64,000 bases of DNA from Clostridia bacterium (GTDB lineage: Bacteria; Bacillota; Clostridia; UMGS1810): contig JAZPZD010000015.1 in assembly GCA_045544515.1 (NCBI GenBank), positions 32,557 through 96,556 of the forward strand, written 5' to 3'. A program made the position numbers and the translations under genes. Below, one piece after another: positions 27,632 to 36,027 of the stretch; the first letter of the stretch is position 1, and the number at the start of each line of letters is the position of its first letter. The notes beneath the pieces were generated by a model that was given only the letters and a program-made list of their open reading frames with translations, did no database searches and was not told the DNA's origin.

Positions 27632-27665
27632 GGGCACCGCAACCCGTAAGGTCGCAGGTATCAAA
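27632..27665 (+). pseudogene. decayed 3' half of an initiator-type tRNA
   Basis: GGGCACCGCAACCCGTAAGGTCGCAGGTATCAAAC aligns with GGGCTCATAACCCGGAGGTCGTCGGTTCAAATCC of the intact gene. It is followed by the same 19-nt flank plus a terminator hairpin. Confidence 0.45.
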
Positions 27666-27713
27666 CACAACAGAAAAAGCACCCCAAAAGGGGTGCTTCT
27701 CTATTAGCCTAAA

Positions 27714-29243
27714 TCAGTCGCCAATCTTTTCTTCCATTTCCTTTTGTACTTCAGGAATAGCTGACAAAATCGGAGCAACATCTTTTCCTTTTATTTTTCT
27801 GTCAATATAGTTTTTGGTAATCTTCATTACTGTTCCCGAAAGAACCACAACGCCGATAAGGTTGGGTATCATCATAAGTCCGTTGAATGTGTCAGAAATA
27901 TCCCAAGCAAGTGACGATGTAAGAAGTGCACCAAACATAATCATAACAAGGTGGATTACCTTGTAAACCTTGATTGTCTTTACGCCAAAGAGGTATTCCC
28001 AAGCCTTTGAACCGTAGTGGTCCCAGCCAAGAACTGTGGTAAAAGCAAAGAGAAGTATTGCAATAGCCACAAACTTACCGCCGATATTTGCAAAGCCAAA
28101 TACTGTGTTGAATGCATCAGCAACAAGTGTTGCATCGCCTGTGATTGTACCCATAGGAGCTGTAATGTCATAAACGCCCGATGTAAGAACTACAAGTGCT
28201 GTAAGAGTACAAACAACCATTGTGTCTGCAAATACTTCAAATATTCCCCACATACCCTGCTGAACAGGTTCTTTTACGCTGGAGTTGGAGTGAACCATTA
28301 CCGAGGAACCAAGACCAGCCTCGTTGGAGAATACTCCACGCTTGAAGCCCTGAACCATAACCTCGCGGATAATAGCACCTGTAACACCGCCGGCAATGGA
28401 AATAGGCTTAAATGCTGTAACAAATATAGCCTTGAATGCAGGAAGTATGTTTGCATAGTTTATGCCAACGATAACAATGCTTCCCAAGATAAAGAGAACA
28501 ACCATAAAGGGAACTACTTTTTCTGCAAATGCAGCAATTCTCTTGAGACCGCCAAGAACTATAAGAGCTGCTATTACAACAAGAACTATGCCGATTATTA
28601 CAGAATAGAGTGTAACACCTTCGTAGAGCGAAATATTTACAAGTGACTGTATGGGGAATGCAGACTCTATGTTTACAACGATTTTGTTAATCTGACCCAT
28701 TGCACCGATACCAAATGATGCAAGAAGTGTAAATATGGAGAAGAGCACTGCCAAAACCTTGCCTATTGTCTTGCAACCTTTTTTGGAGCCAAGACCGTCA
28801 CGGAGATAATACATAGCACCGCCGGACCATTCGCCGTCAGCATTCTTGCGGCGATAGTAGATACCGAGGACATTTTCGGAATAGTTTGTCATCATACCGA
28901 AAAATGCCGCAATCCACATCCAGAAAACCGCACCGGGTCCGCCTATGCAGATAGCTGCAGCAACACCGGCAATGTTACCTACGCCGATTGTAGCAGCAAG
29001 AGCTGTACAAAGAGCCTGGAAAGGGGAAATGGACTTGTCTTTGGAGTGTCCTATAACATCTTTGTTAAAAAGACTTCCGATAGTTTTTCTCCACCAAAGT
29101 CCGAGATGCGAAATCTGGAAAACCTTGGTGATAACCGTTGTGAGTACTCCTGTAAAAAGAAGAAGTACAAGACCGAGAGTTGTCCATACAAAAGTGTTAA
29201 TTTCACCATTGTACTGTTCGAGTGCACTTAAAAATTGTGTCAT
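27714..29243 (-). CDS. alanine/glycine:cation symporter (AGCS family)
   Basis: Start MTQFLSALEQ behind GAAAGGTGG. Contains ...SPFQALCTALAATIGVGNIAGVAAAI..GGPGAVFWMW... Confidence 0.9.
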   Translation of the reverse strand: MTQFLSALEQYNGEINTFVWTTLGLVLLLFTGVLTTVITKVFQISHLGLWWRKTIGSLFNKDVIGHSKDKSISPFQALCTALAATIGVGNIAGVAAAICIGGPGAVFWMWIAAFFGMMTNYSENVLGIYYRRKNADGEWSGGAMYYLRDGLGSKKGCKTIGKVLAVLFSIFTLLASFGIGAMGQINKIVVNIESAFPIQSLVNISLYEGVTLYSVIIGIVLVVIAALIVLGGLKRIAAFAEKVVPFMVVLFILGSIVIVGINYANILPAFKAIFVTAFKPISIAGGVTGAIIREVMVQGFKRGVFSNEAGLGSSVMVHSNSSVKEPVQQGMWGIFEVFADTMVVCTLTALVVLTSGVYDITAPMGTITGDATLVADAFNTVFGFANIGGKFVAIAILLFAFTTVLGWDHYGSKAWEYLFGVKTIKVYKVIHLVMIMFGALLTSSLAWDISDTFNGLMMIPNLIGVVVLSGTVMKITKNYIDRKIKGKDVAPILSAIPEVQKEMEEKIGD

Positions 29244-29278
29244 GGTATGTAACCACCTTTCAAAAATTAATAAAAATA

Positions 29279-29512
29279 GCCGCCACAAATAATGGCGACT
29301 CCGGAATTTAGATGCAGACTATACCTGTGCTGTTATTAAAAGTATCTGCTCCGTCCTTTTGCCTGAGAGATTCGGTTTTTTGATAAAAACCTTGCACCTT
29401 CGGCACCCGTTATGTCGGGATTCTCCGGATTGCCATCGGATTACAGTCCTGCCGGAATATCGGCACCTGAGAGTGTTACTCCTTCGGTAAGGCAAAGCCT
29501 TTTTCCTGCAAC
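29279..29512 (-). promoter_or_regulatory. tandem glycine riboswitch with terminator expression platform
   Basis: Minus-strand read. Aptamer 1: ...GCCUUACCGAAGGAGUAACACUCUCAGGUGCC..GGCAGGAC. Aptamer 2: CCGGAGAAUCCCG..CGGGUGCCGAAGGUGCAAGG..CUCUCAGGCAAAAGGACGGAG. Then GTCGCC-ATTATTTGT-GGCGGC plus a U-rich tract immediately before the RBS. Confidence 0.8.
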
Positions 29513-29657
29513 CTTCATTTAGCTACTTTAATATATTAGCACAAAAAAATACAAAAAGCAACAAAAAATATTCTTTTTGTAAACTTTATACAAGCATAAC
29601 TATAATATTGCCCTCGTATTATACATAAGCTATTACAAATGAAAGGATTGACAGAAA

Positions 29658-31016
29658 GTGAATTTGTTTTTTACACTTGTATCATTTATTAATTCTGCCC
29701 TTACGGACTATGTGCTCATCGTTATGCTTGTGTCGGCAGGGGTGTTTTTTTCTTTTTTGACCCGCTTTGTTCAGGTTCGTTTCTTTAAAACAGGCATCAG
29801 AATGCTATGCTCGGGGCTAAAGCAAAAACAATCATCTCAAAAAGGAATAAACTCCTTTCAGGCACTAATGACCTCTATCGCCGCACAGATAGGCATAGGC
29901 AACATTGTGGGTGTGTGCGGTGCCCTGATCACCGGCGGTCCCGGGGCAATATTATGGATGTGGATAATTGCTTTTTTTGGTATGGCAACAATATACGCCG
30001 AGGCGGTGCTTGCCATAAAAACCAGAAAATGCGAAAAAGACGGCACCTACACAGGAGGCCCCGTCTATTACATAAAAAAAGCATTTCCAAAAGGCTATGC
30101 CGACAAATTCTTTGCCGTATCGGCAATGCTTGCACTGGGATTTATGGGGTGTATGGTGCAGTCCAACGCTATGTGCTCATCTATTTGTCAGGCATTTAAC
30201 ACCGATATTTACACAACTGCCATTGTGATTACCGTATGCTCTGCATTGGTATTTTGGGGCGGGATTAAAAGAATTGCCAAAGTGACCGAAAAAATAGTGC
30301 CATTTATGGCGATGCTGTATATATTCGGATGCCTTGCCGTTATAATATGCAGAATAAAGTATATCCCCGAAACTTTTTGCCTAATAATAAAATATGCATT
30401 TAATCCCAATGCAATAATAGGCGGCAGCCTTGGGGGTGCTCTTAAAATCGCAATAAGTCAGGGTGCAAAGAGGGGGCTTTTTTCCAACGAAGCAGGTATG
30501 GGCTCCACCCCGCACGCCCACGCCTCTGCAAATGTAAAAGATGCGCACACCCAGGGAGTTGCGGCAATGATGGGGGTTTTTGCAGATACCTTTGTAATTC
30601 TTACAATGACAGCTCTGGCGGTCGTATCGACAATGTATGCAGGAGGCGGTCCCCTATCTCAGAATGCTCTGCCAATTTCCTCTTTGGGAATAGACAAAAA
30701 CAATATGATGCAGATATGCGTGGGCACCACCCTTTCAAGCTCTTACCTTGGAAATGTGTTCGTGTCGTTGTGCCTTTCGCTCTTTGCTTTTTCAAGCGTG
30801 ATATGTTGGAACTATTTTGGCAAAATAAATGCAGTATATCTTATGGGCAAAAAAATAGTTCCTGTATATATGCTCCTATCTGCTGTGTCGATTTTCCTCG
30901 GCTCTGTTTTGTCGTCGGACTTTGTATGGGAGATGGCAGATTTATTTACAAATCTTATGGTTATACCAAATGTGCTGTCCCTTTTTGTACTGCATAAATC
31001 GGTTTCCAATAATTGA
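29658..31016 (+). CDS. alanine/glycine:cation symporter (AGCS family), second paralog
   Basis: ...NSFQALMTSIAAQIGIGNIVGVCGALITGGPGAILWMW...; divergent from the first paralog. Confidence 0.9.
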   Translation: MNLFFTLVSFINSALTDYVLIVMLVSAGVFFSFLTRFVQVRFFKTGIRMLCSGLKQKQSSQKGINSFQALMTSIAAQIGIGNIVGVCGALITGGPGAILWMWIIAFFGMATIYAEAVLAIKTRKCEKDGTYTGGPVYYIKKAFPKGYADKFFAVSAMLALGFMGCMVQSNAMCSSICQAFNTDIYTTAIVITVCSALVFWGGIKRIAKVTEKIVPFMAMLYIFGCLAVIICRIKYIPETFCLIIKYAFNPNAIIGGSLGGALKIAISQGAKRGLFSNEAGMGSTPHAHASANVKDAHTQGVAAMMGVFADTFVILTMTALAVVSTMYAGGGPLSQNALPISSLGIDKNNMMQICVGTTLSSSYLGNVFVSLCLSLFAFSSVICWNYFGKINAVYLMGKKIVPVYMLLSAVSIFLGSVLSSDFVWEMADLFTNLMVIPNVLSLFVLHKSVSNN

Positions 31017-31080
31017 TTGTTGACTTTGTAGACCAAAAGTGCTATGATTTAGAAACAATCTTTTCAAAAGGAGGGATAGT

Positions 31081-31995
31081 ATGACTGCACTTATTTTGTC
31101 TTTGCTGATAATAGGATTTGGATTTTTGTGCTTGTGTGCATACTGCTACATATTTGCATTCAGGGTAAGTGCAAGACGGCAATCCAAAGAAGACGAAGTT
31201 CCACCGTCACCTTATAGGGAAAAGGTAATGGAAAACATCAACTCTCTCCTGTTTAAGCCTTTTGAAAATGTGGAAACGCAGTCTTTTGACGGCTTATCAT
31301 TAAAAGGAAGATACTATCACTTTAAAGACGGTGCACCGATTGCGATAATTATGCACGGCTACCGCAGTAACTACTGCCGCGACGGAAACGGCGGTTTCAA
31401 AATTTGTACCAATTACGGACTAAATGTCCTCCTCCCCGACCAGAGAGCACACGGCAAAAGCGGCGGCAAAACCATAACCTTTGGTATCAAGGAACGCTTT
31501 GACTGTGTAAGCTGGACGGATTATTTGATTGACCGTTTCGGCGAGGATACAAAGATTATTCTTGTGGGACTTTCTATGGGTGCTTCTACCGTAATGATGG
31601 CATCGGACATTGCACCGCAAAATGTAAAGGGAATTATTGCAGACTGCGGGTTTTCTTCTCCAAAAGATATACTTACAGAGGTTGCAGAACAGATGAAACT
31701 ACCGCCAAAGGCGGCATACTTTTTTACAAGGCTTTCTGCAAGGATGTTTGGCTCTTTTGACACAGAGGGTGCATCGGCGGTAAAGTCTGTATCAAATACG
31801 GATATTCCCATACTGTTTATTCATGGGGAAAATGATGACTATGTCCCCTGCCATATGAGTAAGACCTGCTTTGATGCGTGCAAAAGCGAAAAGTATCTCT
31901 TGACAGTGCCAAACGCATCGCACGGTATGAGCTACTATATTGATACAGATAAGTATACCGATATGGTTAATGAATTTCTGGATAAGGTATTATAA
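31081..31995 (+). CDS. alpha/beta hydrolase (membrane-anchored, S33/BAAT-like)
   Basis: N-terminal TM helix, HGYRSN, nucleophile elbow GLSMGAS, ...IHGENDDYVP...HG. Confidence 0.8.
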   Translation: MTALILSLLIIGFGFLCLCAYCYIFAFRVSARRQSKEDEVPPSPYREKVMENINSLLFKPFENVETQSFDGLSLKGRYYHFKDGAPIAIIMHGYRSNYCRDGNGGFKICTNYGLNVLLPDQRAHGKSGGKTITFGIKERFDCVSWTDYLIDRFGEDTKIILVGLSMGASTVMMASDIAPQNVKGIIADCGFSSPKDILTEVAEQMKLPPKAAYFFTRLSARMFGSFDTEGASAVKSVSNTDIPILFIHGENDDYVPCHMSKTCFDACKSEKYLLTVPNASHGMSYYIDTDKYTDMVNEFLDKVL

Positions 31996-32027
31996 TGGTT
32001 TTAAAAATTGTGTCAAGGGGTGATTTG

Positions 32028-32234
32028 ATGCGATTAAAAGAAATAAGGAAAGAAAAAGGCATTTCTCAACTTAAATTGGCTATAGAATTAAACACTAATC
32101 AAAATACAATAAGTAGGTATGAAACTGGTGAACGAGAACCAGGAATAAATGAACTTATTAGAATTGCTGATTATTTTAACATATCAATTGATTATCTTTT
32201 GGAAAGAACTGATAATCCTCATATACAAAAATAA
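32028..32234 (+). CDS. XRE-family HTH transcriptional regulator (68 aa)
   Basis: MRLKEIRKEKGISQLKLAIELNTNQNTISRYETGEREPGINELIRIADYF, AAGGGG RBS, AT-rich. Confidence 0.8.
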   Translation: MRLKEIRKEKGISQLKLAIELNTNQNTISRYETGEREPGINELIRIADYFNISIDYLLERTDNPHIQK

Positions 32235-32279
32235 TCTAAATTAATACGGAGTTCGATTCTCCCTGAAGTCAACGCACAT

Positions 32280-32306
32280 AAAAAAGATGCCAAAAGGCAT
32301 CTTTTT
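32280..32306. terminator. strong bidirectional terminator, inferred to be the original ssrA terminator
   Basis: AAAAAAGATGCC-AAAA-GGCATCTTTTTT, 2 nt from the distal copy of the ssrA 3' end. Confidence 0.7.
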
Positions 32307-32308
32307 TA

Positions 32309-32323
32309 TGTGGTGGAGACGAG
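32309..32323 (-). repeat. 15-bp direct repeat = duplicated 3' terminus of ssrA (distal att-like site)
   Basis: GTGGTGGAGACGAGG is identical to 35579-35593, which covers the last 14 nt of tmRNA (including CCA) plus one more. Confidence 0.6.
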
Positions 32324-32474
32324 GTGTAACTACACAGTAGCTCGTCAAAAGTATATAGCTAATTGAGGTTATTACGTTTGTCGTAACAGGAATAGCCTCG
32401 AGTGTCATAAAGCATTTTAATTGAAATGATTTTGAGATTTTTGTAATTATTGTATTATTAAGATTATATTGCAC

Positions 32475-32508
32475 AAAACTTACACGCGTGTAAATGCGTG
32501 TAAGTTTT
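32475..32508. terminator. perfect 13-bp hairpin terminator of the AlbA_2-family gene
   Basis: AAAACTTACACGC-GTGTAAAT-GCGTGTAAGTTTT. Confidence 0.65.
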
Positions 32509-32514
32509 AATTGT

Positions 32515-34164
32515 TCATTTCAAAATTTTATATTTTGCAGCACTTGTGTTTCCAGTACGAACTAAAATTTTCTTTTTTTCTAATTTGTTTAGCAAACGAT
32601 ATGCTTGAGGACCCGATACATGCAATAAATCAATAACGTCTTTTCGTGTTATATATTCTTTAGTTTGAGCCAATTTGATTATTAATTCCGTATAGCGAAT
32701 TATATCAATGTCGGTCTGGCGTACATATTGAACAGGATCCTTGTACGCTTTAGCACTTAAAACATATACTCGTCCGCGACCGCTTCCTATGGCATCAATT
32801 ATTCCTGATTCCGCCAGTCTCTCTACTGTTGAACGAAGCTTTGTTTCGGGAATATGACACTCTATGCAAATTTCACTAAGAGACATTCTGCGATTATGCT
32901 TTAAAGTGTTTAACACAAACAAAGCATTAAGCGAAATAGGGGTACTTGATCTTTGTTGTTCCTCTGAAATTAATGCAACCATTTTCTTGTCGGGCATTCC
33001 ACGGGGGATAAACAAACGCACGGATGTTGATGTACTTTCGGAATAATCCGGTAGTTCTCGGCCGTATATAAGAGAACCTTCAAAAATTCTATCAACACCT
33101 CTGCCGGAACGCTCTGCCAATCCAATTCGTTTTAGGTCGTCAGCTAAAACGGGATTCCTACCATGTGGTTCAACGGTTAGTATGTTTTGATATGTGACGC
33201 CTTCTATGAATCCACCGGGATTTGATATAGATAGTCCATCTGCATCAATTCGGACTAAAACTCTTCCTAATTGTGTGTAATCTCGATGTGCAAATGCATT
33301 AACAATTGCCTCTCTTACCGCACGTGGATTGAATTCTGGTACAGATAACCGAAATAGTCCTTGTTCAATTTCTTGCTCGGGATTTCTTGCTGAAACGAAA
33401 TCGATCATTTTTTCAATAGCTAAAAGCATAGGTAAATAAAAAGATTCGTTTGCTGTAACTTCTGTTCCACGCATCATAACAAAGGCTGATTCAGCAGTTG
33501 GAATAAGTTCCTTTATCTTTTCTTTGCGTCCTAATATTAGCATTCCCGTATATGTTGGAATGAGCCGGTCATCTATTGTGACAACAAATTGCATAGCCTT
33601 GTCAAGTTCTTCATCTGTCAACTCCAGGAGATACTTTTCGCCGTTATATGAACGTATAATCCCTCTTAAACGTTCTCGCTCAACAGGGTCCAAATCCTGA
33701 TACTGTGCACCCGGAACAGGCTGTGCAGAAAAATCTAAAAGAGACAATTCGCTTAGGCGTGTCGTTATTTCGTGAGGATACAAAGGAATGTTTTCAGGTG
33801 TTCCGTCTGCCTTTAATCTTCTTCGCTGCATTTTTCCGGAAGATGATGCAACAATACTTCGACTTTTGGGCACATGAATAATTAATGCCATTTTTTCTGT
33901 TTCTACAGAATGTAACGGCTCTATTTGTACAGAAATGGGTGGAACAGTACGGTTTGCAATAAAAGCAGCTAACTGGGTATAATCTCTGTGAGATTCATGC
34001 ACTCCGGTTAGTGTTCCATTATCTTCGACACCGAGATAAACATCTCCGCCATATGTGTTTGCAAAAGCTACTACAGCATCAATCAAATCATTATCGCTGA
34101 GCTTTTTTAAATCGCTTTTAAATTCTATTTCCAGTGTTTCTTTTTCGGGTAAAGTATGACTCAT
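32515..34164 (-). CDS. ATP-binding protein with N-terminal AlbA_2/Schlafen-like domain, HATPase_c_4-like core and C-terminal winged-HTH domains (COG2865-type putative regulator)
   Basis: Start MSHTLPEKETLEIEFKS behind GGAGG. Contains ...AVVAFANTYGGDVYLGVEDNGTLTGV..., ...REAIVNAFAHRDY...NPGGF...GRNPVLADDLKRIGLAERSGRGVDRI..., and a C-terminal HTH-like tail. Confidence 0.7.
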   Translation of the reverse strand: MSHTLPEKETLEIEFKSDLKKLSDNDLIDAVVAFANTYGGDVYLGVEDNGTLTGVHESHRDYTQLAAFIANRTVPPISVQIEPLHSVETEKMALIIHVPKSRSIVASSSGKMQRRRLKADGTPENIPLYPHEITTRLSELSLLDFSAQPVPGAQYQDLDPVERERLRGIIRSYNGEKYLLELTDEELDKAMQFVVTIDDRLIPTYTGMLILGRKEKIKELIPTAESAFVMMRGTEVTANESFYLPMLLAIEKMIDFVSARNPEQEIEQGLFRLSVPEFNPRAVREAIVNAFAHRDYTQLGRVLVRIDADGLSISNPGGFIEGVTYQNILTVEPHGRNPVLADDLKRIGLAERSGRGVDRIFEGSLIYGRELPDYSESTSTSVRLFIPRGMPDKKMVALISEEQQRSSTPISLNALFVLNTLKHNRRMSLSEICIECHIPETKLRSTVERLAESGIIDAIGSGRGRVYVLSAKAYKDPVQYVRQTDIDIIRYTELIIKLAQTKEYITRKDVIDLLHVSGPQAYRLLNKLEKKKILVRTGNTSAAKYKILK

Positions 34165-34195
34165 AAAAACACCTCCAAATAATAATGTTATTAAT

Positions 34196-34224
34196 AGTAT
34201 ATCGCACGCGTGTAAAAAAGTCAA
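34196..34224 (-). promoter_or_regulatory. sigmaA-type promoter of the AlbA_2-family gene with a CACGCGTG palindrome in the spacer
   Basis: TTGACT, 17 nt (TTTTTACACGCGTGCGA), TATACT. Confidence 0.5.
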
Positions 34225-34262
34225 TGCAAACTTACACGCGTGCGAGTTTGTGCGCGTGAGTT

Positions 34263-35351
34263 TTAAAAATTTGCATATTCGAATTTTTTGAAATGAAAAT
34301 ATTTAGTTGTTTGATCCTGTGAATTTTTACATATGTATTTTCCGATTTTTGCATTGTTTTGAATAACATCAAATTCATTAAAATTAACTGTATCCAATTG
34401 TTTTTGAATGGTATTATCCCCAAGAGGGCTTTTGGTTTGATTAAGTAGCACTAAATATAAAATGGGCTTAGGATTAGGAATTTCGCAATAATAAGAAAGT
34501 GATTCTACATGCCTTATACCATCTTTTAAATTTGTTTTATAATAAATAGGAATAAAATAGGAATCGGGCAAAGGATTATCGTTGATTGTAACAATCGCAT
34601 TTTCAGTCGTGTTGAAATCAAACACCATTTTAACATATTTCCTATTGGGATACATGTCTTGATTAACCGAGTTAAATATATTGTCTAATAATTCAATAAT
34701 GCATATTTTAATCTGTCTTTCTTTTTCCGCATTTATAAAATCAGACATTTTGTACTGTTTATCATATAAATCAAAATGATATTCAATATTTAGAAAATAT
34801 TCTGGTGAGAACTTTTCTTTTCCCCATAAAACTAAGTTATGCTTAGCAAAGTTGTCAAATTCTTTATAAAGATTGATAGTTAAATGGAATTTATCACATA
34901 ACTTGGTTATTTGTGGATAACATTTCAATATGCCTAGTATTTTTTTATTATTTAAAAAATCCCATTGCTGATAATTCATATTATAAACAATGTTTAGTAT
35001 TTGGTATAAGCAGTCGTTAATTTCTGAAATATATTGGCAATACATGTGAACATTCTGTTGTACATATGCTCTCCCATCGACATGTAGAGTTCCTATTTTG
35101 TACCCAATGGAGTTGACTATTCCTTCTTTTATTTTTCGACATTCAGAAATTTGTTTGCAAACATCTTCAATAACTATTCTGCTTTGTTCAGCCCAATTCA
35201 AACAATTGAAAATCTTTTTTATATAGGCATCGACATCGGGTATGCGCCAATTTATTGCTTCATTTAAAAAATCTACCTGTTCGTAGTAAGCAATTTGCTT
35301 GTTTAATTCCAATTCTGATATAATAGAATAATCATTAAGAATATCATTCAT
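34263..35351 (-). CDS. hypothetical protein, 362 aa, no recognisable domain
   Basis: Long ORF with AAAGGTGA RBS and its own promoter. Very AT-rich, with Asn/Ile/Lys/Tyr-rich composition. No signal peptide or TM helix. Confidence 0.6.
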   Translation of the reverse strand: MNDILNDYSIISELELNKQIAYYEQVDFLNEAINWRIPDVDAYIKKIFNCLNWAEQSRIVIEDVCKQISECRKIKEGIVNSIGYKIGTLHVDGRAYVQQNVHMYCQYISEINDCLYQILNIVYNMNYQQWDFLNNKKILGILKCYPQITKLCDKFHLTINLYKEFDNFAKHNLVLWGKEKFSPEYFLNIEYHFDLYDKQYKMSDFINAEKERQIKICIIELLDNIFNSVNQDMYPNRKYVKMVFDFNTTENAIVTINDNPLPDSYFIPIYYKTNLKDGIRHVESLSYYCEIPNPKPILYLVLLNQTKSPLGDNTIQKQLDTVNFNEFDVIQNNAKIGKYICKNSQDQTTKYFHFKKFEYANF

Positions 35352-35386
35352 TTGACATCACCTTTTCAAAAGATATAATCAATAAG

Positions 35387-35415
35387 ATTATATCACTAAA
35401 GCTCTATGGTTTCAA
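35387..35415 (-). promoter_or_regulatory. sigmaA-type promoter of the 362-aa gene
   Basis: TTGAAA, 17 nt, TATAAT. Confidence 0.5.
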
Positions 35416-35578
35416 TTGTAAGGGAGTTTTATCTGTTTAATCTCAACAGTATTTTATCGAAAAAATCTAAAATATCTAGTTTAAGCACTACCATCTTAAA
35501 CAAAGACAAACACCGCCTGGCTAGTAAATCTTAGCCAAAGCGGTGTTTCTTGTTATATAGCACTTGGCGTGCTACTGA

Positions 35579-35593
35579 GTGGTGGAGACGAGG
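35579..35593 (-). repeat. 15-bp direct repeat (proximal copy, inside the ssrA 3' end)
   Basis: GTGGTGGAGACGAGG. Confidence 0.6.
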
Positions 35594-35927
35594 AGAATCG
35601 AACTCCTGTCCGAAAATTCATCCATCGGAGGCTCTCCGAGCGCAGTTTGTGGTCAACATTCCCTCAAGTTAAAGCCCACAAACAAGCTTTAAATCTTGGT
35701 AGCTTCATCTTTCATGGTATGCTCAAAGCTTTGCATACTCACGTTCACCACTCGATGACGCTCTTATCCCGACCGTGGTCCTTCAGGTAAGAACGGCTAC
35801 CTGTAATTAGGCAGCGTAAGCTAAATTTTTGTTAGCGTTTAATTTTAAAAGTTAGGCTTGTTAAAGCGGTTCCCGCCGCTGCTCGCTCCTCTGACTTCAA
35901 AACCCCCGTCGAAACCATTGCGTCCCC
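35580..35927 (-). ncRNA. ssrA: tmRNA
   Basis: Minus-strand read: 5' GGGGACGCAATGGTTTCGACGGGGG...; tag reading frame GCT AAC AAA AAT TTA GCT TAC GCT GCC TAA (ANKNLAYAA); 3' ...GGAGTTCGATTCTCCTCGTCTCCACCA. The promoter TTGACA-17-TATACT lies upstream at ~35966-35994. Confidence 0.9.
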
Positions 35928-36027
35928 ATATCAGAAATAAGACGGAAGTCATTTTCCGTCTTATTAGTATACTCATTATTTATATTTTTGTCAATGTAAA
36001 TTGTTGTCAAATAATATTTCTGTAAAA

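Noticed and set aside
32241-32474. 77-aa minus-strand ORF from the track
   Set aside because: It spans two terminator hairpins and the att-like repeat and has no RBS, so it is almost certainly non-coding.
35928-35965. 12-bp perfect hairpin AATAAGACGGAA-AATGAC-TTCCGTCTTATT between the putative ssrA promoter and the mature tmRNA 5' end, considered as an attenuator
   Set aside because: It is more simply the terminator of the upstream phosphoribosyltransferase gene and/or part of the pre-tmRNA leader removed by RNase P. It has no U-run and no alternative pairing.
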